Assembly: GCA_963737905.1 (NCBI GenBank)
Contig: CAVTUQ010000003.1
Location: 38,485-102,484, forward strand
Direction of reading: 5' to 3'
Length of the DNA: 64,000 nt
DNA from: an uncultured delta proteobacterium
Lineage (GTDB): Bacteria; Desulfobacterota; Binatia; UBA9968
Shown here piece by piece: positions 21,283-31,577 of this stretch. Position 1 is the stretch's first letter. The number at the start of each line of letters is the position of its first letter. The translations under genes were made by a program, and so were the position numbers. Below the pieces are notes generated by a model. The model did not search any database. It saw nothing but the letters and a program-made list of their open reading frames with translations, and was not told where the DNA came from.

Positions 21283-21347
21283 TTAACCACAAAGTGCGCA
21301 AAGAACTCAAAATCATATTTTATGTGCTCTTTGCGTTCTCTGCGGTC
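21283..21347. repeat. 9-nt-period hairpin
   Basis: aaccacaaagtgcgcaaagaactcaaaa...tttatgtgctctttgcgttctctgcggtc. Confidence 0.65.
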
Positions 21348-21350
21348 ATA

Positions 21351-21539
21351 TTAGTCGGCCTCGTCGTCATCGTCTCTGTCCGGTTCCAAATCCAATCTCT
21401 TTCCCGGAATGCGATACTTTTCTTCTGCCCAAGCCCCGAGATCGATAAGCCGGCAGCGCTCAGAGCAAAACGGTCGATAGGGATTGTTTTTCCACTCAAT
21501 TTCACGACGACAGGTAGGGCATTTGACCCGAAGAGGCAT
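21351..21539 (-). CDS. yacG: DNA gyrase inhibitor YacG
   Basis: CPTC...[22 protein letters not shown]. Confidence 0.95.
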   Translation of the reverse strand: MPLRVKCPTCRREIEWKNNPYRPFCSERCRLIDLGAWAEEKYRIPGKRLDLEPDRDDDDEAD

Positions 21540-21549
21540 TCACACCTCT

Positions 21550-22528
21550 TTAACTGTCCAAGGTCGTGGCTGCGAAAAGCTCTTCGACCTCGAGTTTTTT
21601 CTCCATGAGACCCTGGTCAAGCGAGTAACCGATGAAACGCTCCAGGTTGGCTCGGTTTTTTTTCACGCCATGGGGCCAGGGGTCCTCGCCAAAAGCTCTT
21701 CGTTCTTCTTCAAAAAAATGACGACCCCAGACAAAGCGCGACCAGTTGGGGTCGTCATAGTAGGCCGCGCAAGCCTCCTTGGCTTTGTCGAAAGCCGCCA
21801 TAACACTCTGTGCCATCCAGGGATTTTTTTCTAGGACTTCATCCTTGAAGGCGACCATGTGCATGATGGGATAATAGCCGTTCTTCTGAAAATATTTGAT
21901 TTCTTCTTGCTTCGGATCAGCAAATAAGCGTCGAATCTTCGGCGATCCCTTTAGCGCTTGCGGCGGCGGGTGAGGCACCATCAAGGCGGCAATTTCACCT
22001 TGCTCCAGCATCGCCCCCACTTTCTTGCCGGGAGCGACCAGTTCGATATGCACGCCTTCTTCCGGCTTGAATGGCACCGCCTCTTCCTTCGACACAACCC
22101 ACTCCATCTTGCGCCAAGGTACACTGTATTCCGACTGCAAATCTCCTTTGGCGAGAACGGAGAGGGTCGTTTGGAAGGTGCTTAGCCCCACGCGTTTACC
22201 AATCAGATCCTGCGGGGAGTTGATCCCGGCATCAACATTGACCCACATCTGCGATAGGCTGAAAAGGCGGCGTGGAAAGACTGGAATTGCGGTAAACGGC
22301 ATGCCTCGGCTCTTCGCCATCAGATAAGAAGACAAAGAAAGCTCGCAGACATCGAACTCACCCTTCTGCAACATCCGCTCGTGCCGATCTCGCCCGTGCT
22401 TCAGCGGTTCAGACTGGCCCACTTCGAGAACTTGCAGATCGACCCCTTCGGCTCGCACGGACCCGTCAAAAAACGGGATGTGACGGTCGTAATGGGAGAG
22501 TGCAATCGTCAGCTTTAACCCGCGCCAT
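21550..22528 (-). CDS. 4,5-dihydroxyphthalate-decarboxylase-like / periplasmic-binding-fold protein
   Basis: YDRHIPFFDGSV, FDVCELSLSSY, IPVFPRR, YPIMH, DPWPHG; likely ATG at 22528 with an extra G in a G run. Confidence 0.75.
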
Positions 22529-22610
22529 AATCGAGATCCTCTTCTTGTTGCTCTCAAATCTTAACTTCTTGATTACTTTATTTTTCTTAGCTTTCCAGTC
22601 TGCCTCAAAA

Positions 22611-22716
22611 GTTCCAGTCGTTTAACATGTTGAAAAAGTTCAACATCGCAGGAACGATTTGAACTACCGGAGAAAACGATTTGAACACTTTGAACGACTT
22701 GAACGTTTTGAACACC
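22611..22716. repeat. Inverted arrays of a 9-mer (GTTCAAxxx / TTGAACxxx) just 3' of the tRNA
   Basis: gttccagtc-gtttaacat-gttgaaaaa-gttcaacat ... ttgaacact-ttgaacgac-ttgaacgtt-ttgaacacc. Confidence 0.75.
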
Positions 22717-22736
22717 AGTCTTTGGGGAAAGAAGTT

Positions 22737-22811
<75 letters not shown>

Positions 22812-22833
22812 TCAGAGCCCGACGGTGAGGAAA

Positions 22834-22862
22834 TTTATATGGAATTACAACGCCCTTGTCAA
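22834..22862 (-). promoter_or_regulatory. Sigma-70 promoter of tRNA-Gly
   Basis: TTGACA-17 nt-TATAAA. Confidence 0.8.
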
Positions 22863-23007
22863 TCAAGCACGACGTCTGCCAGCGACGGCCCTAAAATGTT
22901 AAGGCTCCGCTCCCCGGCGCGAACGACGGCAGATGAGTCGTTAAGGTACCTTTGGAAACGGTTTGGGTCTAATCGGGAGGAGAAAGCGAGGTGAGTGTGG
23001 GGAAAGC

Positions 23008-23078
23008 GTTGAGGGTTGAGGGTTGAGAGTGTAGAGAGCTGAGGGTTGAGAGGTGAGTGTCGAGGGACGAGTGTCAAA
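23008..23078. repeat. 7-mer array (GTTGAGG/GTTGAGA), same unit as the flanks of the four-helix gene at 57667
   Basis: gttgagg-gttgagg-gttgaga...gctgagg-gttgaga-ggtgagt-gtcgagg-gacgagt. Confidence 0.75.
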
Positions 23079-23123
23079 CGAGAAAGGAAAGGTCGAAGGA
23101 CGCGCCAAGTAAGAGGTAGCCGA

Positions 23124-24686
23124 TTATACGTCCCGCATTTGGCGCGGGGGTGTCGAAAGAGGCGCCCGTCTTTCTGGGCGGGTTTCTGTAACCGGTTCGG
23201 TCTGCTTAAAAGACTTTTTATCCAATCCGTATTCACGCATTTTGCGTGAAAGTGTCCGAATGCCTATACCGCAGCTCTTCGCCGTTAGCGCTATGTTGCC
23301 CTGAGAAACCGCCAGTTTTTGAGCCAAATACTGCTTTTCCTGATCCTTTAACCAATCACTCAGGGGAGCATCGGCGCCAGGTGTTTTCTTATCCTGCTTA
23401 TATTCATCCGAGTGACCGGGTAGATCTACTGCTTCTATGACCCGCCCTGTGGTAAGCACCATGGCACGCTCGAGCACGTTTTGAAGTTCTCGAATATTGC
23501 CCAGCCACGGATAGTCTATGAGCAACCGCATCACCTGTTTAGAAACGGAGCTGATACCTTTGTCCGCCGCTACGGGGTGACGATGAATAAAATCCTGAAC
23601 CAAGAGCGGAATGTCTACTTTTCTCTGACGCAGAGGGATAAGTTGGATCGGAATGACGTTAATTCGATAGTAAAAGTCTGAGCGCATTCTCCCTTCGGCA
23701 ACCATTTCCTTTAGCGGAACATTAGTGGCAGCGATCACGCGCATATCCACCTGGATGCCGCGACTCCCGCCCAGCCGATGGACCTTTTGATCTTCCAGGA
23801 CGCGCAGCAACTTTCCCTGCATCACAACCGACATACTTTCAATTTCATCGAGAAATAAAGTTCCGGTGTGAGCCAGTTCGATCTTACCTGCCTTGGCATG
23901 ATCGGCTCCGGTGAAAGCGCCTTTCTCATAACCGAACAGCTCACTCTCCAAAAGGGTTTCAGGAAAACCCGCGCAGTTAATGGTCACAAACGGTTTTTTG
24001 CTACGACTACTATGATAATGGACAGCGCTGGCCACCAGTTCCTTGCCGGTGCCGGTTTCTCCTTCAATGAGCACGGTCATTTCCGTTGGAGCGACCATCC
24101 GAATAATTTCAAATAGGCGGTGCATCTCGGCCGTTTTGCTGAGCATGCCGCCGAACTCGTAACCATTTTTGAGATAACGACGTAGATGGCGAATCTCCAT
24201 GTAGACCCGGGTCTTTTCAAGGGCCGCCCGGGTGGATTCTTGCACGCTTCCCAAGTCAAAGGGTTTCACAACAAAATCACAGGCCCCGTGCTTGAGCACA
24301 CTGATCGCTGTTTCGATATTGGAATATCCGGTAATCGCGATCACAGGGACATCAGGATAGTTCTCCTGCATCCGCGTAATCAGCTCCACACCGTCCATGC
24401 CAGGGAGCTTGATATCCGTGATCACAAAATCGATACTTCCATCCGCCAGTTGCTTCAACGCATCTTCAGCGGAAGAGACGGGAACGACTGTGTAGCCACT
24501 ATGGCTGTACAAGCGCTCCAACTGACTGCGGACTGCCGGGTCGTCATCAACCACAAGGATATTGGGGATCAGAGAACTCACGGGAGTACTCTTTTGAGAT
24601 TCCTGAGAATCCCCATTCCTCGGTGATTTCCCAGGAGAATCTAACAATGACGCAATGCTGTTTTTATCTATTTCAACGGAAGTCAT
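23124..24686 (-). CDS. Sigma-54-dependent NtrC-family response regulator
   Basis: VVDDD, ITDIKLPG, GETGTGKE, ESELFGYEKGAFTGA, GNIRELQN, C-terminal HTH. Confidence 0.93.
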   Translation of the reverse strand: MTSVEIDKNSIASLLDSPGKSPRNGDSQESQKSTPVSSLIPNILVVDDDPAVRSQLERLYSHSGYTVVPVSSAEDALKQLADGSIDFVITDIKLPGMDGVELITRMQENYPDVPVIAITGYSNIETAISVLKHGACDFVVKPFDLGSVQESTRAALEKTRVYMEIRHLRRYLKNGYEFGGMLSKTAEMHRLFEIIRMVAPTEMTVLIEGETGTGKELVASAVHYHSSRSKKPFVTINCAGFPETLLESELFGYEKGAFTGADHAKAGKIELAHTGTLFLDEIESMSVVMQGKLLRVLEDQKVHRLGGSRGIQVDMRVIAATNVPLKEMVAEGRMRSDFYYRINVIPIQLIPLRQRKVDIPLLVQDFIHRHPVAADKGISSVSKQVMRLLIDYPWLGNIRELQNVLERAMVLTTGRVIEAVDLPGHSDEYKQDKKTPGADAPLSDWLKDQEKQYLAQKLAVSQGNIALTAKSCGIGIRTLSRKMREYGLDKKSFKQTEPVTETRPERRAPLSTPPRQMRDV

Positions 24687-24690
24687 TTGT

Positions 24691-25845
24691 CTAGTTTTTT
24701 TTTGACTCGGGCGCACGAATCAGCAGAGAAAATACCCCACGGTTTGAATCCTCTTTGCGGAAGACGATTTCCCCGTAATGGCGCCTTAGAATTTGCTGCG
24801 CCACCGCCATGCTCAGTCCAAGCCGGTAACCATTTATGTTCGAAAAAGGACGAAAAACATCTCTCTCGTCCACCTGTAACGAAGTCGAGGAGGAGCTGAC
24901 GATGTTCAGTTCGATATAACGCTCTCCTTCTCGTCGGCGCATTCCCGCCTCGATTTTGAGCTCTCCCCCCTGGGGAAGAAGCGCGCGAGAAAAATCAATA
25001 ACGCCTCTCAGGGCTCTATCGAATTGGCCATCTAGAGGCACCTTGGGGAGCGCTTCCTTGACGATCATCCCCGTCCGAATCCCGTGCGCGGCCATCTCCT
25101 TTTCTTTGCTTTGGACCACCTCCGTCAATAGTAATGCCGGATCTTCGGTCCGAGGCCGATGTTTTGAAGGGAAAAGATACTCCTCGATTTCATGGGCAAG
25201 CGTACGAATCTGCGTGATGCCACGAGCCATCGCTTCGGCGCTTTCCACGGATAAAACGCCCGACCACCGCGAAAGCTCCAATTCACCACTGATGGTCTGG
25301 AGATTATTCCCTATGTCATGGGTCAGTCCGCCTAACAGTTTCCGCAGGGGATAGGCCCTCGTAAATTCATCCTCGAACGCATCTTCCTCGGTGTAAAGAC
25401 TCCATATTCCGAGCGCGCCCTGCTCCCGGCGGGAATGAACCATGGAAATTTCCCGCAGCCTGCGCGCTGTAACCTGATTCTTCGGAAGAAACCGATACTG
25501 ACATGAAATTTGTTTCTCTCCCGCCTCAAGTTTTCTCCAGGCTGATACAAAGACATCGCGATCTTGAGGAGGGATCCGGTCCATCCAAAGGGAGCTATTT
25601 TGGCGAAAGTCGTCGTCCGAGAAACCTAACAGTTCCCGAGTCGGATGATTGAAGACACATGAGCGGTGATCAAGACTCCAAAGCGCTACCGGGTAGGGAA
25701 TGACTTCGAGAATGATACCGGCGTCGACGAGGCGCGTCGAGGAATTTCGTTCGTCGGTAGTGGATAAGACTGGCGCTGGACGGTCAGGTGATTTCTGCAA
25801 GTGTTTTTTTTCTCGTAACGGCCTAACATTATTCGTCGCCATCAA
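24691..25845 (-). CDS. PAS + HisKA-like protein with a degenerate HATPase domain
   Basis: PAS (FNHPTRELLGFS...WMDRIPPQDR), H-box GLTHDIGNNL, partial F/G2 boxes (VFRPF, LGLSMAVAQQILRRHYGEI). Confidence 0.75.
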   Translation of the reverse strand: MMATNNVRPLREKKHLQKSPDRPAPVLSTTDERNSSTRLVDAGIILEVIPYPVALWSLDHRSCVFNHPTRELLGFSDDDFRQNSSLWMDRIPPQDRDVFVSAWRKLEAGEKQISCQYRFLPKNQVTARRLREISMVHSRREQGALGIWSLYTEEDAFEDEFTRAYPLRKLLGGLTHDIGNNLQTISGELELSRWSGVLSVESAEAMARGITQIRTLAHEIEEYLFPSKHRPRTEDPALLLTEVVQSKEKEMAAHGIRTGMIVKEALPKVPLDGQFDRALRGVIDFSRALLPQGGELKIEAGMRRREGERYIELNIVSSSSTSLQVDERDVFRPFSNINGYRLGLSMAVAQQILRRHYGEIVFRKEDSNRGVFSLLIRAPESKKN

Positions 25846-25930
25846 GACATAGCAGAGGGCAAATCTCCCTCTGCTCTCCTTATCGATCCCGATGAATCAA
25901 ATTTCGGCCTCAAGCAAATTAAGGCCGCAA

Positions 25931-26149
25931 TTAAATTCCGAGTCGCGAACGGTGACTCCCGCGGCTACGAGCTGAAGCTTGTTTGCTTCCGACCGTGATT
26001 TCCTCAGTATGGAGCCGAAGTCTTTTCGCCTCCATAAAACAGAGGGAGCAAACAATCATGTCGAGCAAAGTGATGCCGTCTTCTTCGCTCGTCACTCGAT
26101 AGGCGTTACCTATAATCAACTCGCCGCAATGTTGACAAACACGGTTCAT
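25931..26149 (-). CDS. Small CxxC...CxxC putative zinc-binding protein
   Basis: CQHC and CSLC pairs; AAGGGA RBS. Confidence 0.6.
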   Translation of the reverse strand: MNRVCQHCGELIIGNAYRVTSEEDGITLLDMIVCSLCFMEAKRLRLHTEEITVGSKQASARSRGSHRSRLGI

Positions 26150-26164
26150 AAGTTCCCTTGAGGG

Positions 26165-26179
26165 GCAAGGAGTATGCCA
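26165..26179 (-). promoter_or_regulatory. Sigma-54 -24/-12 promoter
   Basis: TGGCATACTCCTTGC, near-consensus. Confidence 0.7.
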
Positions 26180-26345
26180 TATCAGATTGATTTGTTAATG
26201 TACAGAGGATGCATGAGACCGGGTGTAAAACGTGGCTAAGTTACCGATTTATAATTTATTTTATTACGAGATCCATCAAGAAGGCTTCTCGTAGTTCCTA
26301 AAAGTGGAGGGAATTACAATCGTTTTCTTAATTTTTGTAAGCAAA

Positions 26346-26822
26346 TTATCGACAGAAATCTCGTAACCCTGCCTTGCAAAGAATCGCCGCTAATGTAGCA
26401 GAGATCGACTCGAACTGCGGCGGCATTTTTAGAATTGCGCCGACAATCATCACTAGGATTTGCATACTCGACCCGTTAATATCATCCGCTAGATTCATGA
26501 TATCTTCGTTACACACTCCCTTTTGTAATTCTGGTTTGACTTCATCGAGAAACCGCAATCCGTCTTGTCTCAGGTCATTGCAGATGAGCTCAATTCCTTC
26601 CTCCCAATCCGACCGATCAGGTTTAGACGATAAGGTAGCATATAGATTCCTCGCCTGCCGGGCCTTTCGGGCGGCTGAAAGATAACTGATGATTCCTGCC
26701 ACACGTTTCGGTTTGTCGGAAGCGAGGAGCTGACAACCCAAAATCATATAAAGCTCGTCGACCTCCAAGGGTAGTAGGTGCATAGCTTCGGTGGTCAATT
26801 CTTCAATCGTCAATTCTTTCAT
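26346..26822 (-). CDS. Hypothetical alpha-helical protein
   Basis: ~158-aa ORF with GAGGTG RBS; no recognisable motif. Confidence 0.55.
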   Translation of the reverse strand: MKELTIEELTTEAMHLLPLEVDELYMILGCQLLASDKPKRVAGIISYLSAARKARQARNLYATLSSKPDRSDWEEGIELICNDLRQDGLRFLDEVKPELQKGVCNEDIMNLADDINGSSMQILVMIVGAILKMPPQFESISATLAAILCKAGLRDFCR

Positions 26823-26908
26823 GGCCCACCTCACCTCATCTCGTGCATTCCTTCCGGCACAAAACGTTAGGACTGGATGCTCAAAGACAAGATATGTCAG
26901 AAGGAGGT

Positions 26909-28270
26909 CTACAAGTGATTCAAATCAGGTCTGGGAAAATCTTTGAGAGCATTGCGAGTATCCAGGATCATGGAGCTGTGCTTGGCAATCATCGAGTAAT
27001 CGAACGCAGAATGATCGGTCAAGATCGCCACGCAATCCATCGACTGCAGCACGTTAGGTGTCACTTCCATGGCTTTGAGTGTCTGACCTCGGATCACGAT
27101 GGATGGGATATAAGGATCGCAGAAATAGACCGCGGCGCCTTTTTCACGGAGTCCCTCCAGGACCTGAAGCGCAGGCGATTCTCGAATGTCGTTGGTGTCT
27201 CGCTTGTAGGTGACTCCCAACCCCAGAATCTTGGATCCTTTCAAAGGCTTGCGCCTTTCATTCAATGCATCGGCGATGCGTTGAACCATGAATCCAGGCA
27301 TCTGGTTGTTGATATGACCTGCCAGCTCAATGAGCCTGGGCTCGCAGCCGTTCATTTTGGCCTTCCAGGTCAGATAATAGGGGTCTACGGGGATGCAATG
27401 ACCCCCTAACCCGGGTCCCGGATAGAAAGGCATGAAGCCGAAAGGCTTGGTCTTGGCCGCTTCAATCACTTCCCAGACGTTGATTCCGAAGCTATGGCAA
27501 GTCAATGCCATTTCATTGGCCAAAGCGATATTGACGCTCCGAAATGTATTTTCCAAAAGCTTCACCATTTCGGCGCAGTCGGTAGAGGAGACCGGGACGA
27601 CATTTTCGACAAACTGTTCATAAAGCAAACCTGCGATCTCAGTGCAGTGAGGCGTAATGCCGCCAACCACTTTGGGGATGTTGCGGGTCGTATAGGTCGG
27701 ATTCGCCGGGTCGACGCGCTCTGGGGAGTAAGCAAGGAAAAAATCATCACCGACCCTAAGACCGGATTCCTCGAGAATAGGTAAAACAACCTCTCGGGTG
27801 GTTCCCGGATACGTGGTACTTTCAAGAATAATGAGCTGCCCTGGACGAATATGAATTCGGATCGCCTCTACTGCAGCGATGACGTAAGAGAGATCAGGAT
27901 CCTTGTTCTTTCGTAGGGGGGTCGGCACACAGATGTTCAGGGTATCGAGCCCTTCGACGGCAGCCAGAGATTGGGTTGCCCGCATCCGGTTTGCCGAGAC
28001 CACAGACCGAAGAGACTCGCTGCCAACATCGAGAACATAGGAAACCCCTGAGTTGACCGAATCCACCTTTTCTTTGACAAGATCAATGCCGGTAACCTGG
28101 AACCCCGTGTGCGCCATTTCAATCGCTAACGGTAGACCCACATAGCCCAAGCCTACGACACCCACCTTGGCCGAGCGTTCCCGAATCTTGTCCTTTAGTT
28201 CCTGCGCTAGCAGGCTCTGCGTCGCTGTTTCATCGCTAAAGAACCCGACAACCCCCGCATCATGATTCAT
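26909..28270 (-). CDS. Nucleotide-sugar dehydrogenase (UDP-GlcNAc/ManNAc 6-dehydrogenase, WbpA/WecC family)
   Basis: GLGYVGLPLA, CVPTP, ESTTYPGTT, SPERVDP, KLLENTFR, GGHCIPVDP. Confidence 0.93.
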   Translation of the reverse strand: MNHDAGVVGFFSDETATQSLLAQELKDKIRERSAKVGVVGLGYVGLPLAIEMAHTGFQVTGIDLVKEKVDSVNSGVSYVLDVGSESLRSVVSANRMRATQSLAAVEGLDTLNICVPTPLRKNKDPDLSYVIAAVEAIRIHIRPGQLIILESTTYPGTTREVVLPILEESGLRVGDDFFLAYSPERVDPANPTYTTRNIPKVVGGITPHCTEIAGLLYEQFVENVVPVSSTDCAEMVKLLENTFRSVNIALANEMALTCHSFGINVWEVIEAAKTKPFGFMPFYPGPGLGGHCIPVDPYYLTWKAKMNGCEPRLIELAGHINNQMPGFMVQRIADALNERRKPLKGSKILGLGVTYKRDTNDIRESPALQVLEGLREKGAAVYFCDPYIPSIVIRGQTLKAMEVTPNVLQSMDCVAILTDHSAFDYSMIAKHSSMILDTRNALKDFPRPDLNHL

Positions 28271-28332
28271 AAAACTTCCTCCTTAATTTTGGTTAGCGCA
28301 TAGCGACCCGGCGCAGAGCGCTTTGCGACTAA

Positions 28333-30264
28333 TCAGGCCTGATTTCTCACCGGCCGCAAAACTTCGGCGGCCCCTTCTCTCCTTGCCCGGCGTTGCCTCG
28401 CCTGCTTTGAAATGTTGGCGTTCATGGGTCGGAAAGTGGGAACGATTTCGTAGAGCAGCTCGATCACGCGCTCGGATTTGCCGCTAATGGCGAGTTGCTC
28501 TAACTCTGCAATTTTTTGAACCAGAAATTCCAATTCCGGAATCCAGCCCGATTGCACCCGGAGAATTTTTTCCACTTCCGAAGCTACCAGCGTTTCATCC
28601 ATCGCCACCAACTCTTCACGCAGTTTCTCGCCGGGTCGAAGCCCGATAACCGAGATGGGAATTTCTTCTTCCGGAACAAAGCCGGCAAGCCGAATCAGGT
28701 GATGGGCCATGTCGATGAGTTTGATCTGCTCGCCCATCTCCAGCACAAAGATCTCTCCCCCTCGGGCTAGAGTGGCGGCATGGAGAACCAAAAGGACTGC
28801 CTCGGGAATCGTCATAAAGTAACGGCTGATTTCCGGGTGAGTCACCGTAACGGGCCCGCCCTGCTCGATTTGCTTCAGGAATAACGGCACCACGCTGCCA
28901 TTGCTGCCCAAGACGTTGCCGAACCGGACGGCTGAGAATACCATTTGGCTCTGGCCGCTATCCTTGGTCAGGGCCTGGACGTACATTTCACCTACCCGCT
29001 TGGTGGCTCCCATAATGTTGGTCGGATTGACGGCTTTATCCGTCGAAACCAGGATAAATCTTTCAGCCTTCTGTCGAACCGCGAGCTGCATCAAGCGGTG
29101 CGTGCCGACGATATTGTTGAGCACAGCCTCGCCCGGGTGATGCTCCATCATCGGCACATGCTTGTAGGCGGCCGCATGAAAAATGATTTGCGGAGCTTCC
29201 CGGATAAATACCTGTTCTAGAGGGTTGACGTTTTTGATATCGGCAAGGACTACGCTCCGCGTCAGATCGGGAAAGGAGCGCTGGAGTTCCAAATCGATGT
29301 CGTAAAGCGCGCTTTCGCTCTTGTCCAAAAGAATCAACCGGGCAGGCTCGCATTTGGCGATTTGCCGGGCCAGCTCGGAACCGATGGAGCCGCCGGCGCC
29401 GGTGATCAAGATTCTTTTGTCCTTCAGGAGATCCTGAACGGGACTGAAGTCCAACCCTACCGGCAGCCGGTCCAGTAGATCTTCAACCGAGAGCTCCTGA
29501 ATCTGGTTGAGGCCAACACTGCCATTTTTAAGATTCCCGAGGGTCGGGAGCGTTTTGATTGGAACCTTAAACGGCTCCAAAACGGTAAGAATTTGCCGGA
29601 TCAACGAAGCTGAAGCACTGGGAATAGCAAGCAAGACTTCATCCACTGGATAATCTTTGAGAATCTTAGGCATCGTAGCGCGTTGGCCCAGCACCGGAAC
29701 CCCGTGAATACGCTGGCCGGCTTTATTTGGATTGTCATCAATGAAACCGATGGGTTGATAATCATAAACACCGCCGTTATTTCGTATCGCCCGAACAATC
29801 ATTTCTCCGGCGTCGCCCGCTCCATAGATTAAAACCTGCTTGCCTGCGCTGGCGTGATTCAGCCCGGCATAGAGCCGGTGAGCTAACCGACTCCCTCCCA
29901 TAAAGAAAATCAGCAGCAGAGAGTCGATGATAAAAATCGACAGAGGATACCCTCTGAGGCCAAAGATCCAATGAACGACAATATAAAATAAGACCGTGCT
30001 CCCGATAACGCCGGCAATGACGTTCCGCAGATCCCAGATCCCGGTGTAGCGCCAAAGCCCCCTGTAGAGCTGAAGCGGAACAAACGTCAGCCCGCGGATC
30101 AATATGAGCCAGGGCATCATCTTGATCATAAGTGCAAATTCTGCATCGGGGATCACTCCATCAAATCTGATCCAAAACGCCAGATAATTGGCGAGCGCGA
30201 TCAGCACAATGTGAAATCCGACGATAAGAGGTCGACGAAGTTTGATAACAATGGCTTTCACCAT
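28333..30264 (-). CDS. Membrane-anchored UDP-GlcNAc 4,6-dehydratase (CapD/PglF/WbpM family)
   Basis: N-terminal TM helices, [43 protein letters not shown]. Confidence 0.95.
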   Translation of the reverse strand: MVKAIVIKLRRPLIVGFHIVLIALANYLAFWIRFDGVIPDAEFALMIKMMPWLILIRGLTFVPLQLYRGLWRYTGIWDLRNVIAGVIGSTVLFYIVVHWIFGLRGYPLSIFIIDSLLLIFFMGGSRLAHRLYAGLNHASAGKQVLIYGAGDAGEMIVRAIRNNGGVYDYQPIGFIDDNPNKAGQRIHGVPVLGQRATMPKILKDYPVDEVLLAIPSASASLIRQILTVLEPFKVPIKTLPTLGNLKNGSVGLNQIQELSVEDLLDRLPVGLDFSPVQDLLKDKRILITGAGGSIGSELARQIAKCEPARLILLDKSESALYDIDLELQRSFPDLTRSVVLADIKNVNPLEQVFIREAPQIIFHAAAYKHVPMMEHHPGEAVLNNIVGTHRLMQLAVRQKAERFILVSTDKAVNPTNIMGATKRVGEMYVQALTKDSGQSQMVFSAVRFGNVLGSNGSVVPLFLKQIEQGGPVTVTHPEISRYFMTIPEAVLLVLHAATLARGGEIFVLEMGEQIKLIDMAHHLIRLAGFVPEEEIPISVIGLRPGEKLREELVAMDETLVASEVEKILRVQSGWIPELEFLVQKIAELEQLAISGKSERVIELLYEIVPTFRPMNANISKQARQRRARREGAAEVLRPVRNQA

Positions 30265-30376
30265 AGGACTGCCTCCAAGATTAGAGCGGAATAAGGCTAT
30301 TTGTTTTTAGTTCTTCCGAGGTAACTGTGAAGAAATTCACCACAGAAACCCCGAGCTCGGGGCGGTTTGTCGGTCG

Positions 30377-31381
30377 TCAGGGCTTTGCGCCTATCGCAAT
30401 TGTCCACAAAGGATCGATGCGTGCAGGCTCGACATTGAACACGTTGTAGAGCGCAGGCACTCGGACCAACATAAGCAGAACAAGTACCACGATGCTAAGT
30501 AACACATAGCTCACAAAACCTCGTTCTCGATATAGTCTTTCCGGATATTGCGTAGGACTGTCCTGTTTGAGTCCCAGGCTCAGGTAATAGCCAAAAAACC
30601 CGGCCGCCACCGGCACGAATAGAATCAGTTCAACGCGATAACGGACGATAAAGATGCCTGAGAAAAGGGCGCTCATAGTCGCGTAAATCAACATACTCAC
30701 CAACAGCCGGTTCTCGTTGTAATAGCCAAAGGATCGCCGATACTGTGCAGCCGTCTGCGCGTTGCCGATGTGACGATATTCAGCGAAGCGCTTCGTGGCC
30801 ATGAAATAAGCCCCAACCATCCAAAAGGCTAAAATCAATGATAAAGGCGGCACTTTGTCTGGAACAACGGCAAACCAACCGAGAAACAGGCGTAGCGGAT
30901 TGTTCAATGATTCGGAAAGCACATCAAGGTATGGGAGTTCCTTTGTCCGTAACGGAGGAACATTATAGGCGATTCCCATTAACCATAACGTAATGGCAGA
31001 CATAAAGAATGAGAAACTCATGAAGGATGCGACGAGTGCGCCCGCAGCTCCAACAACGAGCCATTCCGTAAATCCGAATCCTGAACGTATCTTTCCGGAT
31101 GGAACAGGCCGGTACTTCTTTTCGGGATGAAAGGAATCCGTGGGTCCATCGAGAAGTTCATTGAGAACGTAGTTGCTGGAAGTCACTAGACAGGTGGCCA
31201 GCAGACCGCACACAACCAACGGAAGACTTGCCCATGTCAGGGATGCCGGCTCATAAAAGAACGCGACCAATACTCCCAGGAGCATAAATGTGTTTTTGAG
31301 CCAATGGTCAATGCGAGCAAGCTGGACATACGGCCAAATGGTCTGGACAGGTCTAGCCTTTACCAATGTCGATGAGTACAT
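30377..31381 (-). CDS. UbiA-family prenyltransferase, polyprenyl-phosphate phosphoribosyltransferase-like
   Basis: RIDHWLKN, SSNYVLNELLD, HPEKKYRPVPSG, ATKRFAEY; multiple TM helices. Confidence 0.82.
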   Translation of the reverse strand: MYSSTLVKARPVQTIWPYVQLARIDHWLKNTFMLLGVLVAFFYEPASLTWASLPLVVCGLLATCLVTSSNYVLNELLDGPTDSFHPEKKYRPVPSGKIRSGFGFTEWLVVGAAGALVASFMSFSFFMSAITLWLMGIAYNVPPLRTKELPYLDVLSESLNNPLRLFLGWFAVVPDKVPPLSLILAFWMVGAYFMATKRFAEYRHIGNAQTAAQYRRSFGYYNENRLLVSMLIYATMSALFSGIFIVRYRVELILFVPVAAGFFGYYLSLGLKQDSPTQYPERLYRERGFVSYVLLSIVVLVLLMLVRVPALYNVFNVEPARIDPLWTIAIGAKP

Positions 31382-31577
31382 GTTGAAACTCCTGGACAAG
31401 CAAATAGATAAACCGACGCGTCGCTCACGACAGGATCGATGCGTTTGTGCTACGTGCTAGTGTGAGGGCTCGTACGGCAGGGCTAACTAACCTTTGAACA
31501 TAGAAGTTCCGGCCAACTTTCTTGCGGCGCAAAAAATCAAATCAGCTGGTCATTCGCAGAATTTATGGTTTTACCGG

